Below, piece after piece: positions 38,471 through 49,484 of a DNA stretch of 64,000 nucleotides. The stretch's first letter is position 1. The number at the start of each line of letters is the position of its first letter. Under the pieces are notes generated by a model. It was not told the DNA's origin. It worked only from the letters and a program-made list of their open reading frames with translations, and ran no database searches. A program made the position numbers and the translations under genes. Origin of the DNA: Podarcis vaucheri (lineage: Eukaryota); assembly GCA_965113315.1 (NCBI GenBank), contig OZ220375.1. One strand, 5' to 3'.

Positions 38471-41400
38471 CATTGTTGTTACTAAAGGCTCAGTGGCATA
38501 GGTACTGAAGGTGCCATTCAACAGCTTTGGTTAGTGGTCCAGCTATAAAATCCCATATGGCTATGGAGAACCTGGCTGCAGTTGTAGGCCAAGCACACTA
38601 ATATGCCTAAGGAAGGAGTGTTTCATTACAATAAGACCAGGTGACCAGTGCCACTGCTATGATTCTACAATGCAGCTGTTTTACTCTTCTGAAAATAATC
38701 TTTTATTATTATTATTTCAGCTCACTTATGGAACATTTTTGCCATCATGGGATGAGAGAATAATTTTCCCCTTTTTGTACCATATGGTCCCAAATGAAGC
38801 CCACCAGTACATAGGAGCTGTTCGGTTATTTCAGCATTTTGGATGGACATGGGTTGGGCTCTTGTCTGTGGACAATGACAAAGGGGACAGATTCCTACAG
38901 ACAATGCTGCCCCTGCTTTCTGAGAATGGAATCTGTTCTGCATTCGTAATTAGACTACCACAATGGAGTTTTGTGGACCAACTGATAGAGTTGTTTCTGC
39001 AGCATGCGCAAAGCTATGTAACCATCATTCAAGGAAGAGCCAATGCATTATTTGTTTATGGAGAAAACCCATCTTTTCGGGTTTTGAGAATATTGCTATT
39101 TCTAGCACGCTTCACTCAGTTGCCTCCCCTTGAGAAAGTATGGATTATTACATCTCACTGGGATTTCACATCAATGTCTTTTCAAAAGAATTGGGAAATG
39201 CAAACTTTCCATGGCTCCTTATCCTTCACTGTTCACTCAGATCAGCCATTAGGATTCCAAAAATTCATTCAAACATTAAATCCTTCCTGGTCGAAAGGAG
39301 ATGGTTTTATCCAGGACTTCTGGGAACAGGCCTTCAGCTGTTCATTAAAAATGCTCATGGAGGATGAGGAGAGTGCCTGTACTGGAGAGGAAAAGCTGGA
39401 GAGCATTCCTGGAATATTATTTGAAATGAAAATGACAGGTCACAGCTACAGTATCTACAATGCTGTCTATGCTGTTGCATATGCTTTGCAAGCCATGTAC
39501 AAATCCACCTCAAAGCATAGAAGTTTGGATAAAAGGAACAGATTGTTATTACAGAATGTGCAACCATGGCAGGTAATGATAATTCAGTGTTTGATTGTTT
39601 TTTAAAAGGTAAGCTAGCTTTTAATACAGAGGTAAAAGGAACTGACAGGAAGCAGTGTACTAAAGTTGTTTTCATGTTATTGTTCTTGTATATGTTAATC
39701 CAGCTCCAATTATAGAATGTTATGCGGAAGTGGGTATTTCTAGATTTGCAACTGTCCTTAAGTAGGAATGAAAATCCAATATTTACCTATTTATTTATTT
39801 ATTTATTAGAAATCAGGCAAACAAGCAGAGATTAAAGGCTCTATATGCCTCCATTAAATAAAAATTCACCCAGATTCAGTTGTTGCAGTTGATGAATCCA
39901 TATTGATCAATAGTATTGGTCTCATTATGTTGCGTGTTGAGTCACAGTAGCCCCCCAATAATTCACACTTCACACATCAATTTTTTGTTTAAGGTTTTTG
40001 GCATAATTTTGGCCACAACTTTATTCAAATACAAAAATGTGAGTGGTTGCTTAGGCACTGGTTCCGACTATCTGTCCTTGCCCTCAGGGACAGTGCTGGC
40101 CTTCCGGATACCAGCGGAAGCCAGCGTGGGAAACAAGTATTGGGTGAGAAATAAAGCTGGGCACCAGACCATTACTTCTCACCCTCATGTTCCTGTGGGG
40201 CTTGCACGGCCCAAGTCCGACTCCGGGGACAAGGACGAAAGAATGGCAAGCCCCTGGATTTCCTTTAACGGAATTCCCATTCGCATCATTTGGAGGGGTA
40301 GGCACTTACCCCTCCAAGCACCAATTTAACCAGTGCCTAACCGCCATGGAGCCCTCAGCTCACCGCCAAACCACTCACAGCCCCAACCAAGACCTCAGCT
40401 TGGTCACCACCGCACCTATCCAATCCTCATTCCCTGAAGCGGAAAGGTGCATGCCATCAGCTTGGAAAAAGGATGGCCTCTCAAAAAGAATCTCGGGGTG
40501 GGAAATTGCATCGCCACCAGCTCCAAAACTTTTTTGACCACAGCAGAATTGATGCGTTTTCGGGCCTTCAGTGGCAGCCGGGCAACGACTGCCCTTCCAA
40601 ACGCAGCGTTGCAAAAGCTTTGACCAAAAAAAAATTTCGCTGTCGGCACCATTGCACGCAGCGTCTCCAGGTCACCCAAAATTGCAGCACGTAGTGACAA
40701 ACAGTCCATGGGCACCAGGTCGTTCTCACCAATCTGCACCACAATAGCAGCTGGCGGCCCCTCCAGGGGCAACTGCCTCCGGATACTTGGCAGGAACTCC
40801 GACCAGCGCATCCCACGTCTGGACAGCCAAGACAAGCGAATATGTGGAGGAAAGCCGAAATCTGGACCCAATCCAGATTGCCGTGCTGCGATGCCAGCCC
40901 AATGGACGATACTGTGCCCCACAATCCAAACACGGGTCACCGCTAAACCTGATAAATAAGATGAAACAAACAAAAATTGTAAGACACCAATAATGTTAAC
41001 GAACATAATCTTTGAATGCATTCGATTTCCAACGACCTGTATTTTATTTCCACTGCCTTATTAACATGCTTTCCGGCCTTCTTGGTGGTACGTTTGTCTA
41101 GGCATTGGTTCCCGACTAGCTGCACCTGACCTCAGCAGGGCAGCACTGACGACTCGGCCCCACCATATCGTCAGTACCAGCAAACATTGTGGGGGAGCAT
41201 AGAATCCCAAGGCAATCGCATCCCGCCAGGTGTCGTTCCCCATAGGGGAAAGATGCACCCCATCTGCCCTAAAGAGGGCAATAGCCTTGAAGAAAATTAG
41301 GAGGGTGCAATATTACAGAACCACCTAAAGCAAGGACCTATTTTATTTTATTTGTTATTTTATTTACTTTATTTATTTTATTCTATTATCCACCGCCTTA

Positions 41401-44400
41401 TTAACATGCTTTCTGGCCTGCTCGGTGGTAGTTTGTCTAGGCATTGGCTCCCGACTAGCTGCACCTGACCTCAGCAGGGCAGCACTGACGACTGGGCCCC
41501 ACCATATCGTCAGTTCCAGTAAACAGCATGGGGGAGGAATGAACCAGGATCAGACTCAAGCTCACCCCAAATGCTCCCAGGGATTCTTGCATGGCCCTAC
41601 CCCTCAAAAGGGGTCGACAAAAGCATGGCAAATCCTTGGATTCCCTTAATGGAACATCTTTGCGCATTGGAGGGGACAGGTGCTCCAACCCCCCCTCCAG
41701 ACCACCTTGAACCAATGCCTTAAATTATTTTGAGTCCAGGGAGAGCTGCCATCAACTCAATCCAAGCCCTCTTGCATGCAGGAATGCAAACTTATGCTGG
41801 AGGAAGACAGCAAACATTCTCGCCCAGCTGTACCACCAGCACTGCGGGAGGACCTGCACAGGTCACACTTGACCGCACCAAAGGAAGGACGTCCTCCCAT
41901 CTGGACATCCTCCCATCTGGACATCCAGCCTATGTTCACATGGGCAGGAAGACTGAGATGACGCCCCAGTCCAAACCCGTCAACATGCTTGCCAGCCTAG
42001 TGTACAATGCTGTGGCCCAAATGTGCACAGCTGCTCCTATGAAAAAAGGAAACAACAGACAAGCATCAGCACAGACATCATTGTGACACTTCCTGATATA
42101 ACCCTTGTCAGTGTCAGACTTCCAATGACCCGTATTCACAATCCTGTCTACAGACAGGCCCCCAGTGTGCAGCCGTTGCAGCAGCACCTAATCGTAAGGA
42201 ATGAGGAGTGTTCAGCGGTAAGCAAGCCGCAGGCTGTAATAACTGGTGCACGACGTAAGCACATTGATGCCAGGCTAACGGGAACCCATTTTCATGCACT
42301 AGGAGCGGGCCAGCCCCCAGGGAATAAAAAGCCAAATATTCTGTTATCCATAACCGGGCAAGGGCCCTCCTCACCTGTGGCGGGAAGCCTGATTGTGGCA
42401 CTCCTGCCCACTAAGTCTGTTTTAGAGTTACCAGCTCTAATGACAAGCTCCAAAGGATAAGGAAAAGTCCTGAAGCAATAAGCCTCCAGACTCTCAGCCC
42501 CGTGCTGGCTCCAACAACCATTACCCCAACCCTCAGTGCGAAAATGCAATGGACTACTGAAAGGAGTCTCACCTTGATCTTTAACCCGCAGACAAGTTTT
42601 AACTTGTTGCAGATACTGCATAGGTAAAATTGACCGACTCCCTGCCCACTGTCCTATGAGGTTGGAGCCTATTCCAACCTTCCAAGGCCCTGCGCGCTGC
42701 AAACTTTATACAAGGGTCTCTGAAAAAATAAAGCTTCAATGTAACAGACATTGCAGCGGACTGAATTCGGATAGTTATAACCGCATGCCCAATCTGCAGC
42801 AGGTGGACCAAATACTGCAGGATCTGCTCAGAGGATGGGGGCAAATTCTTCCGAATGGCCAAGAACTGCCAGCTTAAGGCTAAGAAAACCATCCAGGCCT
42901 TCCCATAAGAGGTAAAAGCAGAAGGGGAAATGGAAGCTGCCGCTCTCTGAAATTACTAATTGTTGTCAAAATGCCACAAGACTGGAAAAGTCTGGCAATA
43001 GCTGAGTCTGGAGCCCAGGATCTGAAGCGCTTCATCTGAAAATCGGATAGTGTCAGCGTAATTTGGAGAGTAGAAAGCACAATATTAAACCTTAAGTGGC
43101 GCAGCTCGAAAGCATGAGCGGAGGGGCAGAGACTGTGTTACAGCATGAGGACTGTTTTGCCAAGACGCTCACCACCACCTGGTTATCAGACCAAAAGCAG
43201 ATCCGATGGTCACTGAACTCCTCGGGCCACATGAACTGCTACTACAATGGGGAAAACTCAAGAAAAGTTATGTCACATGATTGCCTCACCACACCAGGCT
43301 TGAGGCCATAGCTTTGCACACCAGCAGCCCTTGAAATAAAACCAAAGGGCAAAGATCCAGCAGCACCAGCATGAACCTGAAAATCCCTGAGCGGGTTCAA
43401 GGTATCCTGCCATGGCGAACTACTATTGCATACATTCAGGAATTGCTACCATCGCCTGATATCTGCCTTCACCACACTTGGTAGGCATACACAAAGGTAA
43501 GGGGACCTCTGTCAGCATCGCCCTTGAGCCAGTGCCACCAACTGGACTCATCCACTTCAGCCCCAACTGGGCTAGGCGAGCTGGGTAGCACTTCCAGAGA
43601 CCACCTTCTGCACAGGGACAGGTCAAAGTGCTGTGGACTCACAGCTTAAGAGTTGTGAGCACCGGATTCACTCCCACAAGAAGACAGTCGTCGCACAGCA
43701 GAGTACAGCAGAGTATATAAACAACTCGGAGAGCAGCTCTGTAGAATATCTTCTTTATTCTATCTACAACTATACAAACTATATACAGAGCTTAATAGGT
43801 CTAAGTATAAATAAATGCTGCACTGCACTGAGTGTCTGCAGCTGCCCTTAGCAGCAACCTTATCTCTACACATGATCTCTAACACTCAGTCTGTCTCCCT
43901 CTCCGACACTGACTGACTGACTGACTTGGTGCTGGAGCAGAATAAGTAGAGACCAGAACACGCCTCCTCCTTTCTGGAGAATCAGCAGACTCCTCAGGAG
44001 ATTCTTGGATATGGGAGGGGTGAAATCTAGGCAGCCTGGCCTAGTGGGAAGATTAGTTAAGTGACCCAGCAAGATCGGATCTGGTGAAGCATCACTTGCT
44101 ACAGAGGAAGTATTACAAATTAACTTCCTTCAAGGCAGACAGCTTCTCCATAGCCAAGTGGTATGTTTTAGCAACGATATCCAACTGGATCCCTAAATAA
44201 AATGGGAATATGGGCAAATGGTATTGAGCTATTGCTTGCCAGCTTCCAGCCCCCGCTTGGGCAGGGGGCATCTTGTGCTGCCATCATGATATGTAAATTT
44301 ACAGGGCCGATGCTGGCCTGAACCCCTAAAGAAGTCCCAACCAAGCTGCCGCCAAGCCAGCTTCCTTTTCAGACACACACTCTGTGCAATGCAAAAACAC

Positions 44401-47400
44401 ACTCCGTGCAGTGCACACACTCTCCATGCAATGCAACTACACACTCCGTGCAATGCAAAAAAAAAAGCACACTCTGTGCAATGCAACTACACACTACATG
44501 CAATGCACACACAAACCCTCCGTGCAATGCAACTACACACCCCGTGCAATGCAAAACACACTCCCTGCAATGCACACACCCTTCATGCAATGCAACTACA
44601 CTCCATGCAATGCAACTACACACTCTGTGCACTGCACACCCTCTGTTCAATGCAACTACATATTCCGTGCCATGCACACACACTCCGTGCAATGCAAAAA
44701 CAAAACAAAACAACACACTCTGTGCAATACAACTACACCCTCCATGCAATGCAGCTACACACTCCCTGCAATGCACACACCCTCCATGCAATGCAACTAC
44801 ACTCCATGCAATGCAACTACACACTCCGTGCACTGCACACCCTCTGTTCAATGCAACTACATATTCCGTGCCATGCACACACACTCCGTGCAATGCAAAA
44901 ACAAAACAAAACAACACACTCTGTGCAATACAACTACACCCTCCATGCAATGCAGCTACACACTCCCTGCAATGCAACTACACTCCATGCAATGCAACTA
45001 CACACTCCGTGCACTGCACACCCTCTGTTCAATGCGACAACAAACTCCGTGCAATGCAACTACACACTCCGTGCAATGCGCACACCCTCCGTGCAATGCA
45101 ACTGCAAATCTCCTAGCAATGCAATGCAATTGCAGCCCGTGCAGCGCCGTGCTCTGCAACGCACGCAAAGGTGCTTTCTCCCAGTTGCATATTGCAAACA
45201 TGGCACCCGTTACATCCCTCGCAGTGAGGTAACCACCAAAAGGACTTAAGTGTCCAGGTAGAGCAATAGGGGAGCATGCAGCTGTCCCATACAGGGACCA
45301 ATCCTGCAACCTAGGCATTACCGGCACTATCCGCTGACCCAGTGAAACCAATTCTTCATGGACCACATGGGGACACTATTGAGGCCGGAAACACTTACAG
45401 GCCATCGAATTCTAGGGCAAAGCCCTAGGGTCACCTGCTAGGCCAGGCATAAATGTTTCCAGTGAAATAGCAGAGTTGAGGTAGCCCACAGCTTGTCCAG
45501 GTACCCCTGCTTGCCCTTTTAGAGGGAAGCACCCCTTCAAGAAACCCAAAGTTCTTTTATCACAAATGGGCCGAACTACCCAGCAACAGAATAGCCCATA
45601 AGGAGCAGTTTGTTTTGTTTTGTTATAACAATGGCTAAGAGGGGTATATGAACCCTGTCTCCCAGGTCCTAGTCCTACACTTTAGCCACTAATCCACAAT
45701 GGCGCATCTCTAAAATGGCAGTCGCCACTATCAGGGCAAAACAAACTTAAAGAAAATAAACTTGTTCAGAAACAGCATAGTTCAAGAGCATATACAGAGT
45801 GCTCATAGTCCTTGGAGGCACAGGGAGCCATAAAGCCAACCTTTGGGGATACTATAAACGAAAGTGATACCAGCTAAGCTGGGAACAGCCCTGACTAGCC
45901 CCACAATTTCAACAAGAGAAATGGGGGAAACCTTTTTGCGAAAGAAAGCCCCTAACGGGGGCTCTCTCACTATTGGGAAAGGCAAGCCACAGATACAGGG
46001 AGAATCTTCCTACGGGGCAGGGTAAGGGGTGGGGTGGGAAATTGAACAGGAAAGGGGGGTAATTAAATTATTTAAGGGACTAGAGAGGATTAAAAAGAAG
46101 GGGAAAATAAAGAAATAAAGAAATGTAACCAGACAATGAGAAGATTGTCCAAGTGCTCCATGTGATCCGATGCAAAACGGCCAAGAGGCCGTGCCAACGT
46201 CTGGCCCCTGTATATATAGACTCTGACCCCTCCTCTGAATTGGCAACAATCAAAACACCCCAGCAACCCAGTTTAACCATTTAAATGGTCGGGATTCAAC
46301 TAAATTTGCCTAGTCACTGGAGGGTGGCCTGTTCCCAACCGCAACACGTGCTCTCTGCTAGGGAGAACACGCTATGTAGTCCATTTCAAAATTATTCACA
46401 ATAAGAAACTCACATCACAACAAATGAAAGGAAATAACAGCTTGGTGGATAAGTCCCCACAGGTAGAGAGGAATACAACCTAGTGCTAAATTGGAGTTTG
46501 CACAAGGTCATCTCCCCCCTTCCCCCTCTTCTCCCTCTGTGTTTTCAGCAAACCTATTAGACGGACTCCTCCAACCCTCCAGAGAAGATTTAGGAGGTGC
46601 AGCTGAGAGTAGAGGGGGGAGAGTCCCATTGAAAAAGCAGATCTCTATCTCAATTGCCTTCCTCTGGTAAAAAAATAGTAGTTGTAAGATAGTTCTTTGT
46701 GAATCTCATTGAAATCATTTAAAACATAGTTACCCCTGTCTTCATATTCATTTTGAATCTAGGTTCATCATTTACTAAGAAGCATCATCTTCAATAACAG
46801 TGTTGGAGACACTATCCACTTTAATGAAAATAGAGAATTAGTTGCATTCTTTGATATTACAAACTGGATGGTGTTCCCCAATGGCTCAGTAATGAGAGTA
46901 AAAGTTGGAAGGCTAGAACCTCAGGCTCCTTCAGGTGATGAATTGACCATGAATTATGACCAGATTGTGTGGCATCAAAGCTTTAATCAGGTAAGACATA
47001 ATATTATTAACATTTATCTTTTGTTAAATTTGTAAACCTCCCCTCATTAATAGAAATCAGGACAGTTTGCAGAATAAAAATACAAGATAAATACTCAAAA
47101 TGGATAATAAAACCAAAATCTAAACAAAACAATAACAACCCTCTCCATTATTATATAATATATAATTATGATGTTAATTTGAAACTTTGCAAAAGTAGTC
47201 TGTACCTATGTCCAGTTGCTGGTGAGACACAATCTACATACAGGTGAAACTCAGAAAATTAGAATATAGTGGAAAAGTTCATTAAAAGATGAAACTAATA
47301 TATGAGACAGACTCATGATATGCAAAGTGAGATATGGCAAGCCTTTATTTGTTATAATTGTGATGATCATGGCATATAGCTGATGAAAACTGCAAATTGA

Positions 47401-49484
47401 GAATCTCAGAAAATTAGAATATTAAATGAAATCAGCAAAACAAGGATTGCAAATAGGCCCAGCAGGTGATCCGACCAGGTATGGAGACTTGCACCCTCCT
47501 CACCGCCTCCTCACTTTGCCCGACCAGTGGAGCTGGGTGAGGCCCCACTCAGAGGCCGGGCCCCGCTAACCAATCAGAGCGTACAGAGGGCATGACTGTG
47601 GGGAATTTAAACAACGGCGCCATGGGGAGACAGTCCTCTCATGCCCTTCGCCGGATTGGGTCAGATCAACAGACTCTTTGCAAATCTACCACTGTAAAGA
47701 AAAGAACACTCTTACTGCTGATCATTCTTCATGTTTCTATATAGGTTCTGCCTCGTTCTGTGTGCTCTGACAGCTGCTATCCTGGCTCCAGCAGGAAAAA
47801 GAAGGAAGGAGAGAAATTTTGCTGCTATGACTGTGCTCTGTGTCCAGATGGGATGATCTCCAAAAAGAAGGGTATTGAGAGACCAATTGATATTAATAAG
47901 CTTAGATATTTATTATTGATAGATTCACAGTGAAAATGAGATTCTTCACTTGCTCCAGTGGGTGAGAGGGTAGTGCCCAAAGAGAGAGACTAAAATTCTT
48001 TTTAAAATACTTCCTTTAAATAAACCATCAGAAGACCAGCAAATGCTCAAGAAATATATCAGCATAATAATAACAAAGAACAATCAATAATATATTAAAC
48101 ATGGATTAATATAGTGGAAGGCAGAAATAATAAGCCATCTAGGCAAAGGGAATCTCCCCCAAAACAGACATTCAGGCCTACTTCAATCATGTAAAAGAAT
48201 ATACTGATCAAAGTTCTCTTCCATTCTATACTGCCTGGTGTGATTAACTTTTTCATCCTTTATCATTCACCACCCAGGTTGACCTTATTAATACAGAGAA
48301 CGTACATTCATTGAACATCTATGAAGACTATGAAGATAGTGTGTATTAAAGATTCTTTTAAAAAAAATTAAAAAGAAAACAGAGGCATTTAGACAGTGAA
48401 TGGGAAAGTGAGATCGAGAGAAAGAGATGATACTATTTTGTTGTCAGGTAAAAAGTGCAAGAAGATGAAAGGCTGAATTGCTACTAACTTCTATAGTTAA
48501 CTAGACATCTGGAAATATAACTATTGTTGCATTTTTGTGTGTTAAATGCTTAAAATATTGAAACACCTCTTCCATTTCTCAGATATGGATGCCTGTGTCA
48601 AATGTCCAGAAGACCAGTATCCCAACAAGGACCAAACTAAATGCATTCCAAAATTGGTAACATATCTCTCTTATAAAGAAGATTTGGGGATCATCTTAGC
48701 TACCTTGGCTATTTCTTTCTCTTTGACCACATGTTCAGTACTTGGAATTTTTATGAAGCACAAGGACACTCCCATAGTGAAAGCCAACAACCGGACCCTC
48801 ACCTACATCCTCCTCATCTCCCTCCTCCTTTGCTTCCTCTGCTCTTTGCTCTTCATCGGACAACCTGGAAAGGCAACCTGCCTTCTACGTCAAACCACTT
48901 TTGGCATTGTCTTCTCTGTGGCCCTTTCTTCTGTGTTGGCAAAGACCATCACTGTGGTTGTGGCATTTATGGGAACAAAACCAGGATCCAGGATGAGGAA
49001 ATGGGTGGGGAGAAGACTGGCTAATTCTATTGTTCTCTCCTGCTCTTTTATTCAGGCTGCCATTTGTACTCTTTGGTTAAGTTCTGCTCCTCCATTCCCA
49101 AGTAGAGACGTACATTCAGTGAAAGGTGAAATCATACTGGTATGTAAGGAGGGTTCTGTTTCCATGCTTTATTGTGTCTTGGGCTACATGGGTTCCCTGG
49201 CCATAATCAGCTTCATGGTGGCTTTTCTTGCCAGGAAATTACCTGACAGCTTCAATGAGGCCAAGTTCATCACATTCAGCATGTTGGTGTTTTGCAGTGT
49301 GTGGTTATCCTTTATTCCCACCTACCTGAGCACCAAAGGAAAATATATGGTGGCTGTGGAGATCTTCTCCATCTTATCATCCAGTGCAGGATTACTGGGT
49401 TGCATCTTTTCCCCAAAATGTTACATCATTGTGCTGAGGCCTGAGCTGAACAACAGGGAACAACTCACAAGGAAAATAAAGTGA
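35458..49484 (+). CDS. V2R gene E, 886 aa; exons 35458-35717, 36553-36844, 38721-39572, 46763-46990, 47745-47871, 48583-49484
   Basis: Lengths 260/292/852/228/127/902 = 2661, in frame. Exons 4-5 were read manually ([16 protein letters not shown]..., [14 protein letters not shown]...). Intron 3 is expanded by a ~6.4 kb retroelement. Confidence 0.9.
37408..38469 (+). mobile_element. L2 LINE 3' portion with internal deletions and (TTA)n tail
   Basis: RT motifs [17 protein letters not shown] and QYADDTKLY. Empty site ccttgatccattgttg in gene D (~28680). Confidence 0.85.
38422..38469. repeat. (TTA)n microsatellite (L2 tail)
   Basis: Directly visible. Confidence 0.95.
40375..40945 (-). pseudogene. 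SGNH/GDSL-type hydrolase ORF of the element (frameshifted near a T-run)
   Basis: [11 protein letters not shown] (block I), [13 protein letters not shown] (block III), [11 protein letters not shown] (D-x-x-H). Confidence 0.85.
41200..42030 (-). pseudogene. Two further degraded SGNH hydrolase remnants (~41730-42030 N-terminal part; ~41200-41330 C-terminal part)
   Basis: [16 protein letters not shown] at ~41225-41280; VHIW...NIGWM... remnant parallel to the 40375-40945 copy. Confidence 0.6.
42085..42900 (-). pseudogene. Tyrosine recombinase of the Ngaro/DIRS-type element (frameshifted)
   Basis: [31 protein letters not shown] (H-x-x-R box), GHWKSD...YIR (catalytic Tyr region). Confidence 0.85.
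43650..44050 (-). mobile_element. LTR-like insertion within the RT/RNase H region
   Basis: Interrupts the RT remnant. Has AATAAA, (CAGT)n and a ...CACA end on minus. Boundaries uncertain, no TSD found. Confidence 0.4.
44372..45130. repeat. Minisatellite, ~20-23 bp unit CACACTCCGTGCAATGCAACTA, with a 201-bp higher-order repeat
   Basis: Marker ctctgttcaa at 44641, 44842 and 45023. Confidence 0.9.
47241..47455. mobile_element. Tc1/mariner terminal fragment
   Basis: TA-CAGGTGAAACTCAGAAAATTAGAATAT with an internal repeat of ctcagaaaattagaatat. Absent in gene F. Confidence 0.65.

Larger units (their letters stand above)
39930..46372 (-). mobile_element. Decayed Ngaro/DIRS-type tyrosine-recombinase retrotransposon (RT-RNaseH, YR, SGNH hydrolase modules)
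   Basis: Absent from gene F intron 3 (~56070). No clear TSD; 7-bp terminal IR GCGTGTT/AACACGC. RT remnant YLGIQLD (~44190), RNase H remnant DITFLEF/PIVVAV (~43250), plus YR and SGNH motifs. Confidence 0.85.

Noticed and set aside
41140-41180. CUGACGA as a hammerhead core in structure copies C/D
   Set aside because: The motif is itself paired in a hairpin, and no correctly placed GAAA or stem III follows.
40375-42900. Bacterial or phage contamination or HGT (integrase + esterase)
   Set aside because: YR plus SGNH with RT/RNase H is the Ngaro/DIRS layout, the ORFs are decayed, and the paralogue shows a clean empty site.
43444-44173. TGCTA...TAGCA as LTR termini
   Set aside because: No TSD, and both ends lie within RT/RNase H remnant frames.
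44372-45130. CRISPR-like repeat array
   Set aside because: No unique spacers, degenerate tandem monomers, vertebrate DNA, no cas genes.
44369-45249. Long Cys/His/Thr-rich ORFs (202-286 aa) in several frames
   Set aside because: Translation of a stop-poor minisatellite, not evidence of a protein.
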